Source: an uncultured bacterium
GTDB lineage: Bacteria > Zixibacteria > MSB-5A5 > JAABVY01 > JAHJOQ01
Reading direction: 5' to 3'
Length of the DNA: 50,824 bases
Assembly (NCBI GenBank): GCA_965369655.1
Contig: CBDUQR010000019.1
Coordinates: 1-50,824, forward strand
Numbering within the stretch: position 1 is the first letter of the stretch; each line of letters starts with the position of its first letter. The translations under genes were made by a program, and so were the position numbers. The notes beneath the pieces were generated by a model. The model searched no databases, was not told the origin of the DNA, and saw nothing but the letters and a program-made list of their open reading frames with translations. This document shows positions 31,348-42,153 of the stretch, piece after piece.

Positions 31348-32062
31348 CACCGAACGGGTCGCATCAGATGACAGCTTCAGGGTTTCACGCCTCACCGGCG
31401 TTACGCTGATACTGCTGCTGATCCTATGGCCGCTCCTGTCGATAACGATGATGCCGACCGATGTCGAGGATTTCGGCTCTGCGCTCGACAATCCGATACT
31501 GCTTGTATACCTGCCCACGATTATTTTTCAGGCACTCATATTCGTGCTGGTTTTTCTCGTAGCAAGATACGAGGGTGGCGGGCTGAGATCGCTCCGCTTC
31601 GGCAGGCTGACGCTCGACAAAGTGTTTCTCGGACTGGCTTTCTTCGTCGGAGCCGGGATCGTGCTGAGTTTGCTGGCTCTTCTCATCCAGACTCTCGGTG
31701 CAGCCGAGTTCAGGGACCCGACCTATCTGCTCCCCTCATCGACTCAGGGCAAAGTCGTATGGGTCGTCCTTTCGATGGTGGTGGCCGTGTCAGAGGAGGC
31801 CGCGTTTCGAGGGTACGCTCTCACGAGATTGAGAAGATTCTTACGAAGCAGGGTTCTGACAGCCGTAGTTGTGTCGATCGCATTTTCCCTGGGCCATTTG
31901 TATCAGGGAGTCGGTGGAGTCATTGTGATCTTTGCGTACGGCTTGATGTTCTCCGCGCTTTTTTACAAGACCGGTTCGATATGGCCGGGAATCGTGGCGC
32001 ATTTCCTTCAGGATGCCCTGCCGATATTCGCGCTTGACATGCTCCGAGATATCCAGGGCTAA
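31307..32062 (+). CDS. CPBP family intramembrane metalloprotease (start uncertain)
   Basis: EEAAFRGY, FSLGH, H.LQD motifs. Confidence 0.9.
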   Translation: MRSARGRNLTIPTDTERVASDDSFRVSRLTGVTLILLLILWPLLSITMMPTDVEDFGSALDNPILLVYLPTIIFQALIFVLVFLVARYEGGGLRSLRFGRLTLDKVFLGLAFFVGAGIVLSLLALLIQTLGAAEFRDPTYLLPSSTQGKVVWVVLSMVVAVSEEAAFRGYALTRLRRFLRSRVLTAVVVSIAFSLGHLYQGVGGVIVIFAYGLMFSALFYKTGSIWPGIVAHFLQDALPIFALDMLRDIQG

Positions 32063-32102
32063 TCGGGAAGTGCTATTGCGAGAGCAGCCGCTGAACTGCC
32101 GC

Positions 32103-32188
32103 AACTTGAATCAGAATCCGATAATGACTCCGAGCCGGGCTGGGAGATACTCGATATCCTGTGGTTCTGCGAATACTTTCATATAGCG
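32103..32188 (-). repeat. Diverged duplicate of the 3' end of the OMP gene (other copy 33640-33725)
   Basis: 79/86 nt identical. Confidence 0.95.
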
Positions 32189-32228
32189 CAGCGGAATTGC
32201 CGTCCGGTGCAGTACCTTGTTAGATTTT
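32185..32228 (-). other. Truncated integron attC-like site (left half)
   Basis: Minus strand ATCTAAC-AAGGT-ACTGCACCGGACGGCAATTCCGCTGCGCT overlaps the stop; AAAATCTAAC is complementary to GTTAGATTTT at the gene's 5' end (33642-33633). Confidence 0.7.
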
Positions 32229-33620
32229 TTTAAGTTTTTGCCGAAGCTGATTACTATTATCAAGAACAGATTTAACCTGTGCTTGTGTGAAACCCAATAC
32301 TTGAAGGAAATGAAACTGGAAAATTGCCTCCATCTTGAGACAGAGCGACCATAACTCCACGCCACTAACAACCATTGACTCCAAGGATCGGTCGTAGTGG
32401 GTTAGATAATTCCTCGTATCTACGATGCCTCTTATTAACTTCCCTCGCTGCTTGCTTGTTCCAATGAATTCCTTAAATGGTTCGATGATGCTCTTTATTC
32501 TTCGAGCAAAGCTCAGTTCATTTCCGTGTTGGAGTCTTCCAGATAGCCAATCTCGGTTCCCCTCGGGAGATTGATTGATTATGGTTTCAATTAGCTCTTT
32601 GAAAACACCCTCATCCATCAATTTCTCATTCGATGTTCTACGATGGTAAGTTTCAAGCCCCTGAGCCAGAGCCAAGAACTTACCATCCAAGTATTTCTGT
32701 GCTCCTGTCTTCGTAGAAAAATACAAATCCAAGGCCGGCTTAATCTCATCATAAGCGTCAACCCAGTTATTTACTATTCGCTCTGCATCTTCTCGGATTT
32801 GCCCATACGTAAAGAACATTCGATGCCGGTCAATCTTCGGTTCATCCTTCGTGTATGGCAGGCTTGCATAGTACAGTGAAATTGGAGTCGGTCGGGATTC
32901 ACCATTGCCTATGTCCTGGCGGATTGTCTCTGAAGTTGCTGATACTCGCTCAATGCAAACGGTCTTATCTATAGCAAAGCAGAGAAGAGTAGTGATTTTA
33001 TAAGCAGTTGAGATAAAGTCGTTTAGTGGGCGCTCCTGCTCGGACACAAGCTTAAAGTAAGTCTTCTGAGTTATTTTAGCTTCCGTTGTATTTGGATACC
33101 CAGGAAGAGTCCACGAGTAAGTGATCAATAACTTCATGCCGTCATTGAGATTTAGTGATACTTCCTCTGGCGGCGAGTATGTTATGGTTGCAGTGCGCTT
33201 CTCGAACTGGTTTTCAACTTTGATTCCACTTATGTCAACCCATTCATCAACACCTTCCACAGAGAACTTAAAAGTATTAAATGCAATAATATCTTTTTCG
33301 TCGTAAGCAAAACCAAGGAAAGCTCTATTAACACAGATCAATGACTTGGAAATACCACCAAATGAAATACTCTTGTTCTTGTAGAAGCAATCATCAAGTG
33401 TAACTAACCCATGCTTCTCAATGTGTCCGACAATTCTCTTTATGTCATCCTTACCGTTGAATGCTTTTTAAAGTCCTTCGATGCTTTCATCGAACAATCC
33501 AACAACCTCAAGTTCAATCTCTCCCCCATCCGATATAACAAGTGTTCCGGGTATCTTTTTTTCTGGACCAGAGGGAAGCCAAAAATAACCTGTTTTTTTG
33601 AACTCTTCTCTAATTCGCAT
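32220..33620 (-). pseudogene. ApeA-like HEPN-domain defence protein with an internal nonsense codon
   Basis: ATG at 33620 (MRIREEFKKTGYFWLP..) is in frame with ORF 32220-33341; single TAA at 33470-33468; HEPN RNYLTH motif; AT-rich. Confidence 0.82.
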
Positions 33621-33647
33621 CTTGGTCTCCGTAAAATCTAACTTGAA

Positions 33648-34271
33648 TCAAAATCCGATTACAACTCCGAGCCGGGCTGGGAGATACTCGATATCCTGAG
33701 GTTCGGCGAATACTCTCATATAGCGTATCTCGACAAAGAGACCGAAATTGGGATTGAAATAGGCGTCAATACCAGCGCCAAAACTCACGGCACCCCCAAC
33801 CCCTTTCGTACCCGGGTACAGGTCAGGGTCTTCGCCGGTAATCTCGATCGCTACTCCGGGAATATCAACGGATGCCAGTCCGACGCCCGCAGTAACATAC
33901 GGAGAGATTCCGGGTGCGGGCGGCATGATGTTCATTTTCAGCATCACAAGAGCGGAGAATGCGCTCGCATCATCGCCAATAAGGCTTACCGAGTCAGGTG
34001 ATCTATGCGACATCTCGATGATACCATCCTCGTCGAACGAAAAGGAATGAGCCTCAAGCATGCCATAGAGAGTCAACTCCGGCAGCAACATTGTGCCAAG
34101 AGAGACTGCCCCGCCGAGACCGCCTTTCCAGAAATTCTGAACATATTCCGGAGCTTGTGGAAATCCCATACCCACGCTGAGGCCTAATACTTTCCCACTG
34201 TCAGCGTGGACGACAGCAGCGACCAGCAATAAAAGTACCATCGTGTGACAAACAATCCGTCTATACATCAC
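33648..34271 (-). CDS. Outer membrane beta-barrel protein
   Basis: Signal peptide; PYV.AGVG; terminal Phe. Confidence 0.85.
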   Translation of the reverse strand: MMYRRIVCHTMVLLLLVAAVVHADSGKVLGLSVGMGFPQAPEYVQNFWKGGLGGAVSLGTMLLPELTLYGMLEAHSFSFDEDGIIEMSHRSPDSVSLIGDDASAFSALVMLKMNIMPPAPGISPYVTAGVGLASVDIPGVAIEITGEDPDLYPGTKGVGGAVSFGAGIDAYFNPNFGLFVEIRYMRVFAEPQDIEYLPARLGVVIGF

Positions 34272-34623
34272 GGCCTCCCGTCGAGAGGTTTTGCTGCGTT
34301 CATAACACCCTATAATATCACATAAAACTTCATTTGCGAATCAAGTCAAGTTTGTAAGACAAGAGCTGTGATCACTTCTCGTCTGTCGATATCCGATCAC
34401 ACGTCACGGGATCATGAGATCGGCTGATCTATTACATTCATCAACAGTATAGTAATCACACGTCTTCAGGGCAATGAAGAACAGTCGGCAACGACACACA
34501 TAATCGAATTTGTGCTTGCATATCCGGCAATCTTAGGTACTTTTATGGTAGTAAGATCTGATTACTCGCTAATCGACACAGGGCATGTGATCGATACTGA
34601 TATTAGAATAATGGAGGAATGCG

Positions 34624-36933
34624 ATGAGACTCCGGGCGATAGTTTTCCGGGTTCTGGCGCTCTGCCTGATCACTTATAACATTTCGTCAGCCGGGAAATT
34701 CGTGAGCGACAGCTTCGTTCCTCGAAAACCCGCTATCAAGATCAGCATTGACAGAATTCCCGACAGCTTTCGGTCGGACAGACTGATACTGAAATTCGCG
34801 GAAGATACAGAAGTAAGATTGCATGGTAACATGCTCATGAGCAAATCGGGCAAAGATATCTCACTCGCAACAAGCATACTCTCGGGAACGAGCGGCCTGA
34901 CTATCAAGCGACTCTTCTCACGATCCGAGGCGTCTCTCGAAACCAGCAGACAGACAGGCCAGGCTATGTGCAACCGCCAGCTTGCAGACCTGAATCTCTA
35001 CTATATTCTGAAACTCGATGAATCTGTCGATGCGGTCGGATTGATCGCGCAACTTAACGAACTGGTTGAGATAGAGACAGTATATCCCGAACCGATTCCG
35101 GTACCGGCGTCGGAACCGTCAGAGCCTGCAACGCCTGACTTCCAGTACGGCCAGGGTTATCTCGAAGCCGCACCCGGCGGAATCGATGCGTACTATGCCT
35201 GGGGAATACCCGGCGCGAAAGGCCAGGGGATCACTGTCTGCGACATCGAGGGTAACTGGGTTTTCACTCACGAAGACTTGTCCAAGGCGCACGACGATAT
35301 CCACATCGCTGGATCGCTGATCCCGGAACCGCTCTGGTACAATCACGGCACCGCAGTTCTCGGACAAATCGCGGCCGACTCCAACGGTATCGGTGTTACC
35401 GGTATCACCTACGAGGTTGATCTCAGGACAGTATCGATCGGCAGTATGAGCGTATCAGACGCCATAGATACGGCGGCAGCGAGTATCGATCCGGGAGATA
35501 TTATTCTGATAGAGCTTCAGGATGCCGGCCCGAACGGCGGCAACTATGTCCCAGTCGAGTATTACCAGGATGCTTTCGATGCCATTAGCACGGCGAGTGC
35601 GAACGGAAGAATCGTTGTCGAGGCAGCGGGGAACGGACATCAGGATCTCGATGACTCATACTGGTACGGCCAGCTCTTCGATCCCGATTACCGTCATTCC
35701 GGCGCAATCATGGTCGGCGCGGGCACACCGTCGACCCACTGGCCTGAGTCGTACACTAACTACGGACAACGACTGGATTTGCAGGGATGGGGATCGGAAA
35801 TCTATACGCTCGGCTACGGTGATCTTTACAGCGAAGGCGACACGGCTCACTGGTATACCGCGGATTTCGGCGGCACATCAGGAGCATCGCCAATCGTTGT
35901 TGGATCAGTTGCTGCACTGAGAGGAGCCTGCCAGCACGCTTACGGCGACATTCTGACCAGAGATGAGATCGTTGACATCTTACAAGTGCACGGTACACCT
36001 CAAGGCAACCCGAGTAAACACATCGGACCATTGCCCGACCTGAGAGCATCGCTCGAATCTCAGCTTGCGGTTTTTACTGCCGACACGCGACTCGGGAATG
36101 TCCCGCTAACAGTGCAATTCGACGGCAACTCTCCTGACACTCCGCTTGACTGGACATGGGATTTCGGCGATGGTGATTCGGCGTTTATCGAGGACCCCTC
36201 ACATGTCTACACTCAGTCGGGGGCATTCGATGTTTCGCTGTGTGTCAACACACCAAGCGGGACGTACGCGATGAACCGACCTGAGTATGTCGTCGCACTG
36301 CTCGACTCGATAACTTTCTCGCACGAATACGGATTGCCGGGACAAACTGTGGCGATCTCGGTCTACGGCAAGAACGATTTCGACATCGAAAGATTCATTC
36401 TATCCTTCAGATACGCCGGTGATGCCGATCTGTCATATGAATACGTTACAGTCGAGGGGACCCGATGTGACTACTTCGAGAACATTACGCTCCTGGCAAT
36501 CAATCTTGTCACGCGCGAGATCACACTACGTTTCACGGCCGATTGGGGCGGCGGTTCTCCGCCTCTTCCGCCCGGCAGCGGTGAAATCGCGAGGATATAT
36601 TTCACTGTCGGGTCGCAGACAATCGGGGATATCTCACCAATCGATACTCTCGACGGTCTGTTCTCCATGCAGTACAGATCACAGTATGGCACCTACAGGC
36701 CGTTCAGCAGCAACGGTTCTGTCACAGTAAGCGGTCCAATTGGCGATGTTGACGCCTCGGGCGAAGTTGATATCGATGATGTCGTCTACTTGATTCAGTA
36801 CATATTCGCGGGCGGACCGGCTCCCGAACCTTATTTCACCGGCGACGCTGACTGCAGTGGAACGACCGACATCGACGACGTTGTCTTTCTCATCGAGTAT
36901 ATCTTCGGCGGCGGACCGGAGCCTGACTGCTGA
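34624..36933 (+). CDS. Secreted S8 serine peptidase with PKD, cohesin-like and dockerin-like domains
   Basis: VCDIE, NHGTA, AAGN, GTSGASP; WDFGDG PKD motif; GDADCSG repeats. Confidence 0.9.
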   Translation: MRLRAIVFRVLALCLITYNISSAGKFVSDSFVPRKPAIKISIDRIPDSFRSDRLILKFAEDTEVRLHGNMLMSKSGKDISLATSILSGTSGLTIKRLFSRSEASLETSRQTGQAMCNRQLADLNLYYILKLDESVDAVGLIAQLNELVEIETVYPEPIPVPASEPSEPATPDFQYGQGYLEAAPGGIDAYYAWGIPGAKGQGITVCDIEGNWVFTHEDLSKAHDDIHIAGSLIPEPLWYNHGTAVLGQIAADSNGIGVTGITYEVDLRTVSIGSMSVSDAIDTAAASIDPGDIILIELQDAGPNGGNYVPVEYYQDAFDAISTASANGRIVVEAAGNGHQDLDDSYWYGQLFDPDYRHSGAIMVGAGTPSTHWPESYTNYGQRLDLQGWGSEIYTLGYGDLYSEGDTAHWYTADFGGTSGASPIVVGSVAALRGACQHAYGDILTRDEIVDILQVHGTPQGNPSKHIGPLPDLRASLESQLAVFTADTRLGNVPLTVQFDGNSPDTPLDWTWDFGDGDSAFIEDPSHVYTQSGAFDVSLCVNTPSGTYAMNRPEYVVALLDSITFSHEYGLPGQTVAISVYGKNDFDIERFILSFRYAGDADLSYEYVTVEGTRCDYFENITLLAINLVTREITLRFTADWGGGSPPLPPGSGEIARIYFTVGSQTIGDISPIDTLDGLFSMQYRSQYGTYRPFSSNGSVTVSGPIGDVDASGEVDIDDVVYLIQYIFAGGPAPEPYFTGDADCSGTTDIDDVVFLIEYIFGGGPEPDC

Positions 36934-36957
36934 TACATAACGCGACATTGCTTCAGC

Positions 36958-37139
36958 CCGCATCATCCCGTTTTGGCTTCAAGTGCCCGCAGGGGCTGTG
37001 CCCCTGCGGATTCTGTGCTGTATCTACTTGCTGTGCAGTAAGCTGAGAACACAGCGGCACAGCCACTGTGTGCACACATGTGTTCATAATTAGGTTTTTC
37101 AATAAACCCAATTCAATCCGCATCATCCCGTTTTGGCTT
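36958..37139. repeat. 22-bp direct repeat bracketing a hairpin-containing 138-bp segment
   Basis: CCGCATCATCCCGTTTTGGCTT at 36958-36979 and 37118-37139. Confidence 0.85.
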
Positions 37140-37173
37140 GCAGATATGTCCGTTCGTCTCTATTATCAAAGGC

Positions 37174-37902
37174 ATGACTACTAAAGCTGTCTCAATCGAT
37201 CTGTGGGGCACGATCTTCGATTTTCGAGGTGAGATGTCCGCGTCGGTCTTCAGGAAAAAACTGACGCGCGGATATGCAGCCGAACATGGAATCACCGATG
37301 GCGAGCGTGTAGACCGTGCGTACGAAGAAGCTGCTCGACATTTCTATGAAACGTACGAAGCGTCCGCAATCACTCTCTCTTCGAGAGATCGGCTTGTACA
37401 CCTGTTCCAACTGATTGGCGTCAGAACGGACGGCGAGGACTTCGACAAACTCGTCACTGCGGTTCAGGATGTGGCAAGAAATCATCCGCCTCGTCTGGCG
37501 GGAGGTTTGGAGAATGCCCTCGGCGCGCTGGCTGAAAAGTACAGGCTCGTCGTGATCTCCGACACAGGACTCACGCCCGGCAGAGTCGTCAGGCGAGTGT
37601 TCGAAGACTATGGCATATCGCAGTATTTTTGCGACTATTCTTTCTCAGACGAGAACGGCAAATCCAAGCCCGATCGATATGCGTTTGAATCGGTATACGA
37701 AAGGCTCGGTATTTCGCCTGACGAGGCATGGCACGTCGGCGACACCGAATGGACCGATGTCGCGGGCGCGAAAGCCGTGGGCGCAAAGGCGTGTTTGTAT
37801 TCCGGTCTCAGCGATGATCCTGTCGATGGAACCCGTGCGGATTTTGTCCTGCGCAAATGGAACGACGTCGAGAGGCTCATCGAGCGAATACGGGAGGAGT
37901 GA
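37174..37902 (+). CDS. HAD family hydrolase
   Basis: DLWGT, VISD, KP, HVGD...D..GA motifs. Confidence 0.9.
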   Translation: MTTKAVSIDLWGTIFDFRGEMSASVFRKKLTRGYAAEHGITDGERVDRAYEEAARHFYETYEASAITLSSRDRLVHLFQLIGVRTDGEDFDKLVTAVQDVARNHPPRLAGGLENALGALAEKYRLVVISDTGLTPGRVVRRVFEDYGISQYFCDYSFSDENGKSKPDRYAFESVYERLGISPDEAWHVGDTEWTDVAGAKAVGAKACLYSGLSDDPVDGTRADFVLRKWNDVERLIERIREE

Positions 37903-37903
37903 G

Positions 37904-38404
37904 ATGTCCTTTGGCGATACAGTGCTGTTCGCGGTCACTCTGATTGTCATGCTCGGTGGGATCATCGGGTGTCTGCTTCCGGCGGTGCCTGGCATTCCGG
38001 TCATCTGGATCAGCGCTTTAGTCTATGCTCTCATCACCGGATTCGAGAGAATCGGGACAGACTATCTCGTGACATTCGGGATACTGTCTGTCGCGACGTT
38101 GCTTCTCGATTACATAGCAGGAGTTTATGGCGCGAAACGTTTCGGCGCGAGTAAATGGGGCATGCTCGGCGCGTTCCTCGGGATGATTGTCGGGCTGATC
38201 ATAGGTTTCCTGCCGGGAATGATCCTCGGACCGTTCATCGGTGCGGTTGCTCTCGAACTGATCGCAGGCAAACAGTCCGGTCCCGCGCTTAAGGCCGGTT
38301 TCGGAACATTCATCGGATTCCTCTGCGGCACATTCCTCAAGCTTGTCATTGGAACAGCAATGATCGGTGTGTTCATACACGATGTCTTCTGGACAGTCTG
38401 GTAA
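37904..38404 (+). CDS. DUF456 family membrane protein
   Basis: LP.VPG; DY.A...GAKRFGASK.G; GPF.GA...E; GGAGG RBS. Confidence 0.88.
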   Translation: MSFGDTVLFAVTLIVMLGGIIGCLLPAVPGIPVIWISALVYALITGFERIGTDYLVTFGILSVATLLLDYIAGVYGAKRFGASKWGMLGAFLGMIVGLIIGFLPGMILGPFIGAVALELIAGKQSGPALKAGFGTFIGFLCGTFLKLVIGTAMIGVFIHDVFWTVW

Positions 38405-38454
38405 GCAAGGTCGGTTTTGATTGATAGAGTGCCCGACAGAACTGTACTACGACG

Positions 38455-39165
38455 TTATGCATCTTCGATTGTGTCGATGAATTGCTTGATCTCAGTTATC
38501 TCCGCAAGATCAATATCGAACTCAGCAAAATCCTCAACGCCATCGGATTCGTATCTGCACTCCCCTGTCGGCGAAAAGCAGTATGACTTGCCATCGCTGT
38601 TGATACCGACTGTGAATATCTGGTTCTCAATCGCGCGTGCCGCAAGCAATGTCCTCCATGCGGTGTCGCGTTCAGCATTCCAGATCGCCGGAACGAACAG
38701 GATGTCGAGTCCTTTCATTGCGATCTCTCTTGTCACTTCCGGGAAGCGCAAGTCGTAGCAGATGACAACCCCACAGCGTACAGATCCGCATCGTGATTCT
38801 ACTACAAACGGCTCAGGATTTTCCCCCGCAGCAAACAGAGTTTGCTCCCTGAACGGCTTGAACAGATGACGCTTTGAGGCCTGATGAATGATCTCGCCCT
38901 TCTTGAAAACAAGCGAACGGTTGAATGTCCTGCCGACGGAGGTATCGTCAATTGGCATCGAACCGGCAATGATGCATAATTCGGGATTGCGCGACGAAAT
39001 CTCCCGAATCCGATCTATCACCATGACGGTGTCATCGAGAATTCTGAACGTATCGGCCGTGAACTCGCAGTTAAACATCTCCGGTAACGCGAGGAAATCG
39101 AGCTTCGATATGTCTATCCCGCTCAGAGCCTCAAGCGACCGCGCTATACTTATGCGACACACCAT
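38455..39165 (-). CDS. Nitrilase/carbon-nitrogen hydrolase
   Basis: LPE, K.HLF, ICYDLRFPE, ARAIENQ; N-terminus somewhat short. Confidence 0.88.
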   Translation of the reverse strand: MVCRISIARSLEALSGIDISKLDFLALPEMFNCEFTADTFRILDDTVMVIDRIREISSRNPELCIIAGSMPIDDTSVGRTFNRSLVFKKGEIIHQASKRHLFKPFREQTLFAAGENPEPFVVESRCGSVRCGVVICYDLRFPEVTREIAMKGLDILFVPAIWNAERDTAWRTLLAARAIENQIFTVGINSDGKSYCFSPTGECRYESDGVEDFAEFDIDLAEITEIKQFIDTIEDA

Positions 39166-39226
39166 ATTACACCTATTTCACAAAGTCTTACATTATACCC
39201 AGATTTCGATTTTGGGCACAAGAAAA

Positions 39227-39298
<72 letters not shown>

Positions 39299-39428
39299 TG
39301 TACTCTATTTGTCGGCTGATCGACGGAAAACTTGCAGTGGCACACCGTATGTGCCGTAAACCTGCTACGTCCCACCCCGTTGCTCAATCAGCCGAAAGTA
39401 GATTGCATTCAACAGGACGCATGAATAA

Positions 39429-39504
<76 letters not shown>

Positions 39505-39680
39505 TCGACAATCGAATAATATATCGCACGAAAAGCCAAAGTCAAATTGTTTTTGAATCTGGATGTTCCGAAACAACACGGCCAGCCCCGTAATCAGAGG
39601 CTGGCCAATCCTGAAGGCTGCCTGCGAACCTCGCAAACAGCCTGAAATTGTGTCATTTCAATTATGTCTTCATGTTCACA

Positions 39681-40655
39681 TCAATCGCAAGTAGGTGCAG
39701 GACCACTTGCGAAAATATAGTTGATAAGGAAAACTACATCATCGATGTCGATCATTCCATCGCAATTCGAATCGCCAATCAAACCATAATACGATCCTGA
39801 AGCAAGAACACTGATTTGGACCGTCGCATCAACCAAGTTCATTATTGCATCTGTCGCTGTGAAATAAGCGAGCCATTCGGTGTTGCCCTCATACGGAGCA
39901 GTTGTCCACTCGAATATTAGAGGATTGCTGCCGAATGTCTGAGGATCGTCGATCGGAGATGCGCCATCTGGTATCTGAACCAGGCTGTCAAGCTGAACAG
40001 TTATTGGCTGATGATATGAGTAGGCACCAATCTCGAATGAAACAAGCTCCCCTGCTTCGACACTGATTGTGTCAGGATTCGACATATTCATCACAAGGGG
40101 GCCTGGCTCGATTGTCAAGAGTCCACCGACAAACTGAGGAGTGTAGGAACCTTTCCCGTCAGTAGCATACAAAGTGAAAGAGCAGGATGGTAGCACCCAG
40201 GCTGAGTCCGTCATCACCTGTTCTCCAACAGTGCCACCTGAAAACCAGACATCGCAATATTTGAATTTTCCCGGAGGAATGAATCTTAACATTGCGGCGC
40301 CTGAGATGCAGAGAGTGTCAGGAAGTACACCATCTATGGCGGTCTCGCCTGTAACTCCATGGATTAGATCAAAATAATCAGTCTGATCGAAAATGCTTCC
40401 GATTTCAGAGATGGAATCCCAAACTGGTTCGACATAACCGTCCAATCCATACTCGATTCCAATGTTTATACCGATCAATTCCTGGTCTGTAATAATGTAG
40501 ATCGGTATGCTGAAAATGTTGCCGGAAGAGCCGTAGGCTTTACCCTCTTCACCGAAGTATACAGTGTCAGGTATCCCAGAATCCTGAGCGAAAAGTGGCG
40601 AAGACGCAGTTAGCACAATCGCCAGTGCGATGATCACGCGCATAGTGTTTCTCAT
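39681..40655 (-). CDS. Secreted protein with cohesin-like N-terminus and dockerin-like C-terminus
   Basis: Signal peptide; [31 protein letters not shown]. Confidence 0.82.
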   Translation of the reverse strand: MRNTMRVIIALAIVLTASSPLFAQDSGIPDTVYFGEEGKAYGSSGNIFSIPIYIITDQELIGINIGIEYGLDGYVEPVWDSISEIGSIFDQTDYFDLIHGVTGETAIDGVLPDTLCISGAAMLRFIPPGKFKYCDVWFSGGTVGEQVMTDSAWVLPSCSFTLYATDGKGSYTPQFVGGLLTIEPGPLVMNMSNPDTISVEAGELVSFEIGAYSYHQPITVQLDSLVQIPDGASPIDDPQTFGSNPLIFEWTTAPYEGNTEWLAYFTATDAIMNLVDATVQISVLASGSYYGLIGDSNCDGMIDIDDVVFLINYIFASGPAPTCD

Positions 40656-41024
40656 CTTACCCTCCCGAGAGCACGGTTACGGATGTGTCATTTCGAAATA
40701 TGTAATTAATCTGGTATTAAGATAGCATATAAACTGCATTAGATCAACGCACAAATTCTCCTTGAAAAAGACCTTGTATTGACGGCAATCTCTGTCGATG
40801 GCGGACAGTTCCCAACGGTAGGGAATACCGTGTGGTGAAGAACTTCTCCACCGAATTGGAATTGAGAGAGATTCTTCGCGGCATCGCAAACAACATCGTG
40901 TTCCACGAGGACAATCAGAAGTAGCGCAGGAGTACCCCACTCCTGCGAAGAGAATCGTCAGGCGTCGGGGACACCTTCCCTACAATGCTGATGTGAACTC
41001 TCGCGTGTTTGGCAGCACAGGGAT

Positions 41025-41074
41025 GTCGAAACCACGCTCTGCGCACGGCGCAGGACTCAGGGGTTTCGACCTAC
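41025..41074. repeat. GTAG-type REP-like repeat supplying the mtnN stop codon
   Basis: GCGCACGGCGCAGGACTCA..GG.TTCGACCTAC, also at 42016-42049. Confidence 0.75.
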
Positions 41075-41856
41075 GGGACTTGCTGCAAGACTTCAGCATT
41101 CATCCTGAGTGTCATCACCCGGAGTATACTGCTGACCAGCCGGAATGAATTGATTGAGAAGGTCTTGAGGTTGCTCTCGAATTCCTCCTTAGCCTGCGTA
41201 CCGCCGGAATCCGAAATCGTTCGCAGGACAACATACGGCACCTGATTTACATGGCAGGTGTAACCGACTGCGGCTCCTTCCATCTCGGTCGCAACCGCGC
41301 CGAACTCCCGCTGCAACCATTCTGCTTTCCTCGGATCAGAGACGAATTCGTCACCGGATGCAATTGTTCCGACGACAAGCCTGGGCGCGTCATCCACACC
41401 CTTGAAACAATCGTCGTATGCATAGCACGTCAGCTTGCAGAGTCTCGGGTCGGCCTCAATCGTTCGTCCCGTCTCGGGTATTTCACCATGTCGCCTCCCG
41501 AAAGCTGTCAAGTCGAAATCATACTGAACGACGAAATTCGAGACGACGAAGTCACCCGGAGAGAGACTTGGAACGAGAGCTCCGGCAAGACCGGTGAAGA
41601 TTATAGGGCTGGCAGCATACTTGTCGATCATGATCTGCGTCCCTATGGTGGCGTTCACCTTCCCAATGCCCGACTGCAGCAGAACGATCCTCTGCCCTTC
41701 TATCGTTCCGGTCGAATACTCCATTCCGGCATGAGTGACTGACTCAGGAGAATCAAGCCTCTCGCGGAACAGGGTGATTTCTTCCGGCATAGCGCCGATT
41801 ATTCCGACCATTGTACTCAAAGCCTTTCCAGATTTCATCTCGAGTGTTTTTCCCAT
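41071..41856 (-). CDS. mtnN: 5'-methylthioadenosine/S-adenosylhomocysteine nucleosidase (start uncertain)
   Basis: GIIGAM..E, SGIGKVNA, SGD.F, EMEGAAV, R.ISD. Confidence 0.93.
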   Translation of the reverse strand: MGKTLEMKSGKALSTMVGIIGAMPEEITLFRERLDSPESVTHAGMEYSTGTIEGQRIVLLQSGIGKVNATIGTQIMIDKYAASPIIFTGLAGALVPSLSPGDFVVSNFVVQYDFDLTAFGRRHGEIPETGRTIEADPRLCKLTCYAYDDCFKGVDDAPRLVVGTIASGDEFVSDPRKAEWLQREFGAVATEMEGAAVGYTCHVNQVPYVVLRTISDSGGTQAKEEFESNLKTFSINSFRLVSSILRVMTLRMNAEVLQQVP

Positions 41857-42153
41857 ATACACAGATGTACGATTCTTACAAATCTTATCGGAAGGAACAG
41901 TTCCTGTTTTCACTTTGACCTGCTGTTTGATGTCCCATAATGGCACAGACAAGCGGCTCAGCGATACTTGCTATTCTGTTCTGCAGAAGTCGGCCACTCA
42001 TGCCTTAATCGCCTCGCGCACGGCGCAGGACTCAAGGGGTTCGACCTACTCGACTTCATCATGTGAGTGGGCGGCAGGTAGCAAACTTCCTCGCAGAAAG
42101 AAGAAGCCCGCCCCGGAATGGGACGGGCATAAAAGCTCTGATGTCAGATATGT

